Below are positions 1-10,900 of a stretch of DNA of 64,000 bases, piece by piece. The DNA is from Thecamonas trahens ATCC 50062 (taxonomy: Eukaryota > Protista > Apusomonadida). Positions within the stretch are counted from its first letter, which is position 1. Each line of letters begins with the position of its first letter. The notes under the pieces were generated by a model. It had not been told where the DNA came from and searched no databases. It saw only the letters and a program-made list of their open reading frames with translations. Both the position numbers and the translations under genes were made by a program. Where the stretch lies: the NCBI RefSeq assembly GCF_000142905.1, contig NW_013657678.1:372001-436000 (forward strand). Direction: 5' to 3'.

Positions 1-212
1 TCTTGCCGACGCTGGAGAGCGTGACGCGGGCGTACACGCTGCGTGCGTTCCCCGACATTGCGCGCGTGGCGCCGCATGTCTATCCCGGCATTTCGCCCTC
101 GACGGTGACGTACACGGCCGATGGGCACGAGCTCGGCTCGTCATTTGCCTCGTTGCTCAAGATGGATCGCGCCAAGCCGCATCCACAGCGGGCTCATCTT
201 CGCAAGCGGTAG
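1..212 (+). CDS. 3' end of a hypothetical protein (truncated by window start)
   Basis: Frame is open from the window edge to TAG at 210-212, with coding-like codon usage. No recognisable motif. Confidence 0.45.
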   Translation, partial: LPTLESVTRAYTLRAFPDIARVAPHVYPGISPSTVTYTADGHELGSSFASLLKMDRAKPHPQRAHLRKR

Positions 213-471
213 GCGGGAGGCTAGGCGGTGACGATAGACCAGGTGTGGTGGTAAACGCGTCCATAGCCGAGTTTGCAGCCATGGCCGACTCTATGCGGGC
301 GGCGAGGTCGGGAGCGCCGGTGGCGAGGGCGGTGACAAGGGCCTGCATCTCGGAGCCGACCAGCGTCGTCATGTCCTGGAGCGAGCTGTGAAGGGCAAGC
401 ATTTGCTCTGCTAGCGCATCCTTTTCTGCGCGAAGCTCGGCCAGCCGCGCACGGACGTCGCTGTTGTCCAT
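157..471 (-). CDS. small coiled-coil hypothetical protein (~104 aa)
   Basis: ATG at 471 gives MDNSDVRARLAELRAEKDALAEQMLALHSSLQ, a heptad-like helix. Overlaps the 3' end of the + gene by 56 bp. Confidence 0.5.
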   Translation of the reverse strand: MDNSDVRARLAELRAEKDALAEQMLALHSSLQDMTTLVGSEMQALVTALATGAPDLAARIESAMAANSAMDAFTTTPGLSSPPSLPPTACEDEPAVDAAWRDPS

Positions 472-629
472 GTAAGGACTGGAAGAGAAGAGTGCAAGGC
501 TCTGGGACGATCGCGCCGCGGCTGGGGTGAGCGACCGGGGACGGGGGGGTCGAGACACACTGCTCGCGGTAGACGGCAAGAAGAGCGAACTGGTTGCACT
601 TTGTGGTTGGCGGGAGCTTACTAGCTAGT

Positions 630-1639
630 ATGAGCAGTGCAGACGATACCGTGGTGGCGGGAGACCTGGGTGCTGGTCAGGAGCCGGTGCAGCTTTCGGA
701 GGCAGGGGAGGCGGAGGTTGGAGCTGGTGTGGTGGGGTCGGGCAGGGGCAAGGGCAAGGGTAAGAGCAAGGGCAAGGGCAAGGGCAAGGGCAAGGGCAAG
801 GGCAAGGGCAAGGGCAAGGGCAAGGGAAAGGGCAAGGGCAAGTCGGACAAGGCCAAGGCGGGCAAGGCCGCAGATGAGAATGCTACATCAGCGCCAGCGG
901 CGGCCGAGCCCGAAGCCGAGGTGCAGATAGCGGTTGGTACAGAGACTGGCAAGGTCGCTGCTGCAGACCAGGGCAAGGGCAAGGGCAAGGGCAAGGGCAA
1001 GGGCAAGGGCAAGGGCAAGGGCAAGGGCAAGTCAGGGAAGAGCAAGGCGGGAAAGACCAAGGACAGCAGGGCAAGGAAGACCGACAAGGCGGAAGCGGCG
1101 GGGAGAGATGGTAAGGAGAGCAAGACGCGCGAGGGCAAGGCACGCAAGGTGCGCAAGGCGCACAAGGGCAAGCGCCGACGGCGGACTAAGGCTTCTGAGC
1201 CGTCGCCGGAGGAGGTGCAGCGGCAACTGGTGGAGTATGTGCGCGGATGCGTGGCTCGAGTCGTCAAGATCCCGGCCGATATGTTCAAGGGCGAGGCGCT
1301 GCGGGTGCTAACCCGGGCTCAGAAGAGCGCGAGTGCGTTTGCCGAGTGCACGCGGGCGCCGCTGCTCAAGCTCGACGTGCTGCAGAGCGTGTCGGATACG
1401 CTGTATGCGGTGGAGAAGCTCATGTTTGATGTGGAAACTCGTTCTGGACGCTAGCTAAGGACGCGTTCAACAAGGTGGACATGGCGCTGGACGGAACACT
1501 GATGGCGATCGCGCTCGCCAATGCCATAATGCCGCGCGAGCACGCGATTGTAAGCACACTGCAGGGCGGAGGTAGTGCAGGAAGCAGCGGAGGACCCAGC
1601 GGCGGCGGCGACGGCGATGAGGCCGAGGCTACGGCGTAG
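630..1639 (+). CDS. GK-repeat, Lys-rich hypothetical protein; probably extends past 1454 via a frameshift at ~1431-1445
   Basis: ATG 630, two (GK)n tracts and a helical C-terminal domain. The -1 frame from 1433 reads GNSFWTLAKDAFNKVDMALDGTLMAIALANAIMPREHAIV...EAEATA* (TAG 1637-1639) and looks coding. Confidence 0.6.
747..842 (+). repeat. (GGCAAG)n coding hexamer repeat, first GK tract
   Basis: Seen directly; about 16 units with a few variant units. Confidence 0.95.
972..1031 (+). repeat. (GGCAAG)10 coding hexamer repeat, second GK tract
   Basis: Seen directly. Confidence 0.95.
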
Positions 1640-1642
1640 AAA

Positions 1643-2890
1643 CTAAAGTGCTGCCCGCTCCTCCTCATCGGCAGAGCCGTTGGTCTTGCGGGCGACAAAG
1701 AATATCGAGTTGTACTCGACTCGCATGAGCGACGGCAGAGCCGAGCCGGCGTAAGTCGACGGCACATGCTCGACGCGTTCGAGGGCAAAGCCGGCTTCGG
1801 TGATGAGAAGCTCGACCTCGTCCCAGGCGAGCTCAACAGACATGTAGTTGGGCATGTCGGCAAAGTGGTAGAGGAGAGGCCCGATATTGACCCAGATGGC
1901 GCCCGGCGCGAGCATGTGGCTGATGGTGTCGAGGTACGCGCAGAGGTTGCGGGCGGTGTCGATGAAGAAGCAGGTGGCAAGCACGTCCCAGGCGCCGGCA
2001 GCGTCAGGCGCACCGTAAACTTCGAGAAAGTCCCCGGCAACCATAGAGAACTGCGCGTCGTCCGGAATGTTGAGCGGCGAGACGTCCGGGATGGTGACTG
2101 GCGCAAACTGATGCTCACGCTTAATGAGGTTGGTTGTCGTCGACGTGTTGGGGTAGAGAGTGACGGAGTTGGGCTCGGTCACGTGGTTGAGCATCCAGTT
2201 GGAGGCGAGGAGCATAAAGTACGAGAACTCGTTGCCCTGCGCGATGTAGCCGCGGTGGGCAAACTCCCACACCAGCCGACCGAGCCCAGCGCCCGGGACG
2301 GCGATGCGAACGCGTGACTTGTCGGCATCGGCAAAGGCGGCGTCGACTGCGTCGAGGAGCGGCCCGTAGCACGCGTCGCGCTCGGCTGCGCCATCGGCGG
2401 CCCAGTCGCGAACAAACTGTCGCAGTGTCGACTCGACCTTGGATGAGTCCTGTGGACGAATGTTGCCGAAGAACGCGCGATCCTTGCCCCGCATGAGTTC
2501 CACCAGCGAGTCAGACGCGTTCTGAGGGCGAGGCAGCCATGGCAGACCCAGAACATCGACAATCTCAACGAGAACCTCGTAGTTAGCCTCGACGCACGCC
2601 CGCCACTTGGTCAGCGCAGGCCCCATGATCGGCTGCAGCCGGGCACGGTGGGCTGGCGGTAGCTGGCCGAGCCGCAGCGCGCTCAGCTCAATCGACCGCA
2701 TCGAAGCGAGCCGGTAGAACAGAATGGCTCGGACAATGTCGCGAAAGTGTTCTTCCTCGCGCGCCTCCTCTTCCGCTGGGTCGAGCGCCTCGTGGACCTC
2801 GCCCGAGAGCACGACACCGTCGTCGGCGGTACCAGGACTGTGGTGAGGATGGGAGTGGGAGTGGTCATGCAAGTGGCTATGGGACTCCAT
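1643..2890 (-). CDS. CARNMT1: carnosine N-methyltransferase / N2227-family SAM-dependent methyltransferase
   Basis: Motifs STLRQFVRDW, VPGAGLGRL, QGNEFSYFML, AGDFLEVY, TCFFIDTA, WVNIGPLLYHF. Confidence 0.93.
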   Translation of the reverse strand: MESHSHLHDHSHSHPHHSPGTADDGVVLSGEVHEALDPAEEEAREEEHFRDIVRAILFYRLASMRSIELSALRLGQLPPAHRARLQPIMGPALTKWRACVEANYEVLVEIVDVLGLPWLPRPQNASDSLVELMRGKDRAFFGNIRPQDSSKVESTLRQFVRDWAADGAAERDACYGPLLDAVDAAFADADKSRVRIAVPGAGLGRLVWEFAHRGYIAQGNEFSYFMLLASNWMLNHVTEPNSVTLYPNTSTTTNLIKREHQFAPVTIPDVSPLNIPDDAQFSMVAGDFLEVYGAPDAAGAWDVLATCFFIDTARNLCAYLDTISHMLAPGAIWVNIGPLLYHFADMPNYMSVELAWDEVELLITEAGFALERVEHVPSTYAGSALPSLMRVEYNSIFFVARKTNGSADEEERAAL

Positions 2891-3066
2891 GGGGACGAGT
2901 GTGTGCGTGATGTGTGTGGTCTTGTGTAGCTGTGGGTGGGGTGGGGGTGGGGTGGGGTGGCGGGGTGGAGTGGGGGGGGGGGACTGGGGGTGTGGACTTG
3001 AGCCCGTCCTGCTGTACCGTTTTCATGCTCATTGACAAGCAGAAGACCCCATGAGGTATGAGGTCT

Positions 3067-3106
3067 GGATCAATGGATCAATGGATCAATGGATCAATGG
3101 ATCAAT
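3067..3106. repeat. (GGATCAAT)5 tandem repeat overlapping the thioesterase stop codon
   Basis: Five perfect 8-bp units starting at 3067, 3075, 3083, 3091 and 3099. Confidence 0.95.
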
Positions 3107-4096
3107 ACAGCAACGGGGCGATGTGCGCCATAAAGTTGGTCTTGTTGTGGAGCCACTGCGAGTGCTCGATACCGGGGACGGCGGTGCGGTGCAGACGGCC
3201 GAGGGCATCAAGAGTGCGGAGACCAAAGGTGTCGTCGACGTACTCGGGCGTGTCCTCCATTTCGATGAGGGTGGAGAGGTCGTTAGGGCCAAAGAAGCCA
3301 AAGAGCTCGGAGATCCACGGGACAACCGTGCCGTCCTGGGGTGAGCCAAAGAGATAGAGGTGGTCGACGTTGGCCACAAAGTTGGTCTTGTACGCGGCGG
3401 TTACGTTGTTAGCCCGGATGTTGTTGAGCGATGGGAGGTAGTCGTTGTCGGCCAGGTACGAGACTCCGAGGCAACCAGGCGTAGATTGTGCACTGACGAC
3501 GTTGCTCTCGAACGGCGAGTGCCACCAGTTGGCAACAGAAAGCGAGTCTTGAAGCTCGCGGGTGTAGAGGATCCGGGTGAGCGCGCGCTCGGTCACGTTG
3601 GGCAGGATGTGCTCGAGCACGGCGGTGCCGTAGTAGCCCTGCTGGATGCCGGCCATCGAGACAAAGTTGGCGACCTTGAGGCCATCAACAAGCTGCAAGA
3701 CGTTACGCAAGAGGAGGCCACCTTGCGAGTGGCCGAGCATGTGGAAGCCCCCGCGTACCGCTGCGGATTGCTCGCCACCGTCTTGGTCACCAGCGCTGCC
3801 GTCTCGTACAGCTGCGCCCACATCGGCTTCATTGACTCGATCCCGTTGTTGATGTCGAGCGAGACTACCGACTGGCCTGGGTGTGCCTCGCCGAGCCAGC
3901 TTATGATGTCGTCAAAGTCCGCCACCGTTCCCGCGTTGTTGGTGTATGAGAAGCCGTGCATGCAGATGACCGGAAGGTAGCCGCTGACAAGGCTCTCGCT
4001 CGCATGCGCCAAGCACGCCAGAAGGATGACAAGTGCGGCTGTGGAGCGGGTCCATGACCACGGTGCTCGGCCCGGACGCTGTGGGGACCTCTGCAT
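3102..4096 (-). CDS. PPT2: palmitoyl-protein thioesterase (PPT2-like lysosomal thioesterase), frameshifted at ~3750
   Basis: Signal-peptide-like segment, YLPVICMHG, GHSQGG nucleophile elbow, GSPQDGTVVPW, DTFGLRTLD, catalytic-type His in GIEHSQW. ORFs 3593..4135 and 3102..3821 join as YAG-GFHMLGHSQGG if the C5 run at 3748-3752 is C6. Confidence 0.85.
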
Positions 4097-4446
4097 AGCG
4101 CTCGTCTTGAAACTAGAGAGAGGTCTAGCGCTCACGCTCGGTGCTTGACATGTGCGGGTTTGGGTCGCCGCAAGCTGTTGTGCAGATCGCGGCGCAGCCG
4201 GCGATCGTACGACAGACTGCTGCCTCGATTTGTTTTCCAGCTGAATGTGCTCTTGCCTGATGTCGGGTTGATTGCACGTCCTCGATCGCTATTGGGCTTT
4301 TGTCAAGATATGAGACTTTTTAGAGCCTCCCCTACACATCAACAGATAGATCACATCATGGGCTAAAGATCTATATGTAGTAGAGGCCACTAACAGTCAA
4401 CGTTGAGCCGTAGCTCAGGCTATTCGCTCGCCGCCACGATGTCGCT

Positions 4447-4630
4447 CATATATCCAACATTAATAATCCACATTCCCAACTATATATAAATATAAATACA
4501 AATAAGAAATAGTAAAACTATTATTGTCACAAGTAAAAAAATCCAAAAACATGTCAGTATTACACACTTAAATATATAAATACACAATTTTTGGATGATT
4601 TGACTTGTTTTTGTTATAGTTACGTGTTTT
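4447..4630. promoter_or_regulatory. AT-rich island between divergent genes, with TATATAAATA motifs (putative bidirectional promoter or origin)
   Basis: 4501-4560 has 13 G+C in 60 nt against a strongly GC-rich background. TATATAAATA occurs near 4483 and 4573. Function is inferred. Confidence 0.35.
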
Positions 4631-4911
4631 GCCACTGGTGCCTGCCCTGTTGTCATGCTCGACCTACCTCGCTCTCGACAAGGCTTCCCACGCACGCCCC
4701 ACAGCTCGATCACACAGGCTAGCTACCTGTTTATCACACGCATGACGTGGTATGCTCTTTTCGCCTCTCCATCGTCCGTCTCGGAGCCTCGCACTGCGGC
4801 AAGCTCCCGCAACGACTAATGACAACTTCATTGGCATTGACCTGCTGTCCCGCATCCGCTTGGCCCTTGGCAAACGTTCCTCACCCCACCCCACTTTGAT
4901 GAGGCAAGAGG

Positions 4912-7900
4912 ATGCGATACTTGTTGTTGCTCACAATTTGCTTCGTTGCCACGGCCACAACCGTGGCCGGGTGGACTGTAGCTCCTGGCCCCTTCCTTCC
5001 CCAGCTCGCGATGACGTTCCCGGCGCCACCTGCCGATGCGGAGTCGTGGCTTGTTGGTGCGGCTGTGATCGACGGGAGCGAGCGTTCGGCGGGCCCGCCT
5101 CTCACCGCAATGCAGCGATTCCGCACCACGCTGACCGGGAGCGGAAGCGAGGCGTGGCCATACGCTCCCGAGGACAAGCTGTACATGCAAGAGCTCTCGT
5201 TGTGGGTCGACGACTCGCTTGACGAGCCTCACCTGTCGTTCTGGATCCAGACCCTGGAGCCGTATCTTGTCTTGTTCCTCGACCTCGACAGCTCAGGCAC
5301 GACAGGCGGGTCGTACCGCGGCACCTCGATCGGCATGGACGTGCGGTTGGAGGTCTTTACAAGCACTGTTGTCGTGGGCGCTCACAATCCGAGCTTCCTC
5401 AAGTCGTCGGGCTCGATCGTTGGCCCGCTCGCCTATCCGCCCACCGGCGACGCCTTTGAGGTCAACACCACGACGCCGTTCCCAGCCACGCCCGACGTCA
5501 GTGTCATGCGTTTCTCCATACCTCTCTCGGTCCTGCATGGTCTCGTTCCGGCGGGCACGCCGCTTGCCCTCGCACCCCCGACGCTTATGCCGCCCTAGTT
5601 TCCTTCCGCTTCTTCGCCATCGTCAACATCGACACCTTCCCCACCCCTGGCTTTGACGCCACCGCGCCGCTGTTTGCCTCGTTCGGCCCTACCGCCACCA
5701 CCCTTGTTCCTGCGGCGCCGCCGCCGCCAGCCCGTACACGCTTGAGCCACCGGCGCTTGCGCTCTACGACAACGTCACCGTGAGCGTCGTCGTCTTGGCT
5801 CGCGCCGCCAACGGAACCATCTTTGTCCCGCCGTCAGGCCCTGCGCCGCGTGACGTCGTCTTGCCGCGTGCCCAGCCGATTCTCGAAGTCAGTCCGCTCG
5901 GCCCGACCTCGTTTGCGCTCTCGGTCGACCTCCCGCCTGTTCTTCCTCTTAGTGCGAGGCTAGTCATCGCCCGCTCGCCCGTCGGCATGCCGGCTGCCCC
6001 GCTGGCCTCGGGTGCTCCGACAAACGTGACCATTGTCGTCGACAACGCACTCGACGCCTCCGCCGATGCCGGCGCCCATCTTGACCTCGTCGACAATTCG
6101 CCTCAGCTCGCCCCTGTCACCTCGTACTTTTACTCGGCCTTTGTAGTCACTGCGGCTGGCGACTTTCTCCCGCCGTCATATCGCTCGCACGACCGGACCA
6201 TCGGCTCGGTACTCCGCGGCCCGCTCCCAGGCATTAACGTTACCTCTGACTACCTGCTGTTCCTCTCAGCATGGACCGACGACCACATCCGCCATGCTGA
6301 GCGTTATGACCTCGTCATCTGCCATCCGGGTGGTGGCTCTTCGCTCATTACCGCAGACCAGGTCCGCGACCTCCGCGACGGGCCCGACAACGTTCTCGGC
6401 ACCGAAGACGACACCATCGTCATCGGATACGTCTCCGTTTGTGAGGACTATGGCGAGCCGCGGGTCGGCGCCACTCTCAACGATCCGCGCAACGCCTCGC
6501 TTCGTGCCGGCCTCAACTCGCGCGACGGCCCGCTGGCCCACTCGTACGAGACCGGCGCGATGTGGCTGCAAGGCCAGGGCTACCCCTCGTTCTACGTCGA
6601 CATGTCGGGCACGTTTACAGATGCCGGAGGCTCCTATTTTGAAGCCGTTCCCGACGGCAAGCCCGACCAGAACAGCGAGTGGGGCGGCTTGTACGTCAAC
6701 CCGGGCGACCCTCTCTGGTTCCAGTTTCTCAAAGAGGCGACTATTGGGACGGTCGCCATGGCCGGCTTTGACTACATCCTCAACGACCTCGGCATGGATG
6801 GCCTCTTCCTTGACACGCTCGACGCCCTCGCCCCCCAGGCCTACTATTGGCTCCGCCACGGCGGTGTGGACCTCATTGCCCGCATCGCCTACACCTACCC
6901 GGACGCGCTACTCATCGGCAATCGCCCGCTCCACCTGGCCATGCCCTCGTTCGCTGGCTCACGAGTCGACGACTTTCGCTCCTACATCAACGCCATCTAC
7001 TGGGAGTCGTGGGCCGCAGACACGAACCACTGGATGTCGCCCTCGGGGGCCGCCACCGTCGTTGCCGACATTGTCGCAGCTCAAGACAACCAAGACGGCC
7101 GCGGCTTGACCACCCTCATTCTCGACTACTGGTCCGTTGTCTTTGCCGCCCGCGAGTCTGGCGAGGCTCTCGGTGCGCCGTGGTACAGCAATCCGGGAGA
7201 CTACCTCGCCGAGACTGATGCCCTAGGATTTCCCACCTACATTTCGCCGTCGCGCTCGCTGGCCGAGTTTGACGACGTTGTCTACAACATCCACCATCCC
7301 GAGGTCTACGGTGGCGCGCCGGATCTTGTCATCGTTTCCATCATTCCTGACTTTACCCGCACCGTCGCAGAGTCTGGCTGGGTCTCTATCCCGGCTTCGA
7401 CGCCGGTCTCTGTAGTTGTTGTCAACCGCGGCGCAGGGCCGCCGCCTTTGGCAGATCCGTATTCAGCCACTCTCTCCATCTACCACAACGGCGAGCTCCT
7501 CTCCTCGCGGCTCATCTTCTTCTCAGAGGGCTTCTACACCTCGCCGGGTGGCCTTGTCACCGTCGTCGTTCCCGTCTCGCTCGGCAGCTCAACCATTGGC
7601 AACCATGTGTACGCCACCGTTGAGCTTGAGCCCGGCGTCATTGAGTATGACACGACCAACAATCATGACGACGTCCTCCTCGAGTCGTTCTTCAACATTG
7701 CCTACGGCACTACCTACAAGCACTCGCCGCCGCCAGACCTCGTCGTTTCTTCGGTTGTCCTTGATCCACCGCAGCCGCCGGCCGGCTCGTCTTTTGACCT
7801 CTTGGTAACGTACGCCAACGTCGGCGCCGGCATCGCTCAGGCAAGCAGAGCCTTCATCTGGTCGTCGTTTGCCCAAGCTCAGGTCGGCAACTTTGAAGCG

Positions 7901-10900
7901 CCGCACCTGCTGCCGTCGGCGACCACCACCGTCCGCGCCACCCATCCTCCCATCTCGCGAGTCGGCATGTACTCGCTCGCCATCACCCTCGATGCTACCG
8001 AGGCCATCCCAGAGGCCGACGAGACGAACAACGAGTTTTTCGTGCACTCCTTCGAGGTCACCCCGCCTTTCACCTCACTCGCCCTCCCATACCCCTCACC
8101 CATCACCACGGCCTCGGCCATGTCGTGGGAGTCGTCGCCCGACTCCTCGCTCGACTCGAACGCGCCCAACATGGTCTCGCTCTCGGCGGCCCACAGCCCA
8201 GTCGAGAACCTCATAGTGGCCACAATCACCGTTGATGGCGACTTTCCGCTTCGTCAGGGCGACGTCATTCTCTTCATCAACACCGACGAGTCTGACTCGA
8301 CCGGCTACCTCTCCGCCGGCTTTGATCGCATGATCCTCAACGACGTTTTCTACCGCCACGACCCGGCGGCCGGCCGCTCCTGGGGTTGGATCGTCGTGCC
8401 CACGCCTACCAACGGCCGCGAGTGGTCTGTTGGCTACCAAGACACCTCGGGACGTGTTGTCGTCATCGCCATCCCGCCCGAGCTCCTCTACTCCATCGCC
8501 TCGCCGCCTGTTGCCATCTATCTTCACGCCACCATTGTTGCCAACCCGGCCGCAGGCAACGGTGTCTCGGATGCCATCCCGGCCTCTGTGCTGACCGGCG
8601 GCAAAGGCCTTCCGCTTCGCCTACGTCACACCTCTAGCCCGGAGCTTTATCCGTTTGTTGCCACTGCGCTCATCGGCGAATCGGTCGACGGCGAGTCAGC
8701 TCTCTTCCTCGCCACCAACGTCACGGCCGGAAAGCTCTACATTCGCCTCGACTCGGTGTCGATGGCCAGGTACGGCGCCATCGATGTCGTCGCCGACGTC
8801 GCCCTCTTTCTTGCGGTTGCTGGACCAACGCCACGTATGGCCTACTTTGATGGCTCGCCTTGGCGCTTTGTCGGCTCGGGCTCGCCCGAAGCCATCCGTC
8901 CCTCGCCGCCGGCCGTCCGTGCCGCCCTCGGCTATGATCCAACACGAACAGAGGCCATGTGGGCGCCCGAGTCGAGCGCAGGGGTCAGCGCCAAGACCAT
9001 CCTCTCAAGCGGCGTCGTCGAGCTAGCCTTTGATGTCTCGCTCCTTGCCAAGGTCGGCATCTCGCTCGAGCCTACCGTCACTGCGCCGCTCCTGGTCATG
9101 GCTGCTCTAGAACAGGATGTTCTCGGTGCCAGCTCTGCATCGTGGCTTCCAGCTCGGGGTCCTGCCAGCGGCCTCCCACCGTGGGCCATCATCCCGCACT
9201 GCTCCGACGGCCGCCTTGGCCCGCTTGAGGAGGGCGTCGACTGCGGTGGGGTGTGCTCAAGCAACTGTGGTGTTCCTCACTGCTCCAATGGCTTTCTCGA
9301 TGCGGCGGAAGAGGGTGTCGACTGCGGCGGCGTGTGTGCGTGGACATGCGTTCCTGAAGCTCTCGGCCTCCCCGACTGGGCCGCTCGCACCCGCTCGCAG
9401 ATCCAGGGCCACTACGACTTTGACATCCTACCGGGCTTTCACCCTGACGCAGACGTCATCGAAGTCGTCCTTGCCCACTCGGACCACAATGTTGTAGTCC
9501 GCGCCGTCCCGCGTCGTGCCAAGCTCGACGTCCTTGCCAATCCCATCCCGCACTTTGGCTCTGTCAAGGTCTTTCTAGGTATCAAGGATCTCGACCGCGG
9601 CTACACCGGGCTTGGCCGGCCCGGCTTTTCGGCGCTTTTTGTCTTTATCGACTCGGTACTCCACGTCTACGACGAGGAAAACGCCGTGACCCAGACCGAC
9701 TGGGCGTGGATCCCCGTCCCGTCCACCGTGCCTGCGTCAGGCGTCAAGGCCGAGCCTGGCCGGCCTGGGGTCGACTTTGTCATCGCTCGTACCCTTCTCA
9801 CCACCGCCGCCGCCCTCGAGGGCCTCGAAGCCAAAGAGCTCCAGGTCTTCATCCGCATCACCATGAGCGGCAGCGACAAGGAGCTGCCGGCCTCGCCGAC
9901 CGAGGTTCTCTCGCTCACCATGAGCCAACCCGAACCCGGTGCCGGCGTCGTTGTCGATGGCATCATTGCCGAGTGGGCTAGCCTTGCACACACCTCTGTC
10001 ACCGACGGCCCCGATGACGCTCTGCGAGTCATCGACGCTCTGCCGTACCCGCACGCTATTGGACGCCAGAACGACTTTGCTGAAGTCAAGCACGCCACCG
10101 ACTTTTCCACCGTCTACGGTGCCTTTTCCATGTGGAGTGCCGCCAAGCGGCCGGTTGACGTCGAAACGGCAGTCTTTGTTGTCCCGCTCTCGGCCGCCAG
10201 CCGCGGCTATGCCCTTGGCGGCTCCGACTACGCCATCGCCATGGTCCTCGACGGCAAGGGATACCTTTACTCGGGTCCGCGGCGCTCGGCGCTTTGGTCG
10301 TGGTCGCCGGTCACGCTGCCGTCGCAGTTTGGCGTCGCCACACTTGGCCGCCACACCGAGTTCCGCTTCTCGCGCGAGCTCTGGGCCGACCTGAGCATTT
10401 CGATTGCCGAGCCGTTTAAGATTGTTGCACGCTCGACTTCGTTCCAAGGCTCGCCAACTAACTTTGGCGACGATCTCATTGACTACGTGCCCAACACCGG
10501 GCCATTTGCTGGCCCTGCGCCACCTGGCCCACCATCGCCACCGTCGCCTCCGCCTGGTTTGCCGTCACCGCCGCCTCCGCCTGGTCTCTCGGGGCCTATC
10601 ATGGTGGATGGGCTCGAAGCTGACTGGCTCGCCCTCCCGCCGACGCTGTCGCCTTTGCTTGTCTCAGACTCGCGCAACGATGGTCGCACCTCCAACAACC
10701 TCTACGCCACCGACATTGACCCGGCCTCTGGAGACTACGCTGCGCTGAAGAGCCTCACCTACGAAAGTGCCACCAGCGCTCTTGTCTCGACGTACGGGAC
10801 ACCGGCGCCGGGCGGCTCCTCGCGCCTGCACCACTCGATCTTCTTTGCCGTCTCTGCACCGAGTGTTCCTTCGGGAGGCTACGAGCTGAAGCCCGGCGTC

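Noticed and set aside
1425-1445. Programmed -1 frameshift at GGAAAC
   Set aside because: Not an in-frame X XXY YYZ heptamer, and the motif is not shared with the other break sites.
3067-3106. 8-bp repeat (and the 12-bp repeat at 28742-28849) as CRISPR or iteron arrays
   Set aside because: No spacers, units too short, eukaryotic context. These are simple tandem repeats.
4480-4713. Hydrophobic 77-aa ORF in the AT island
   Set aside because: Hydrophobicity is a by-product of T-rich composition, and the start is non-ATG.
4912-5598. 228-aa ORF as an independent secreted protein
   Set aside because: It is collinear with the N-terminus of paralog B and continues into 5780..13198 via two single-base shifts.
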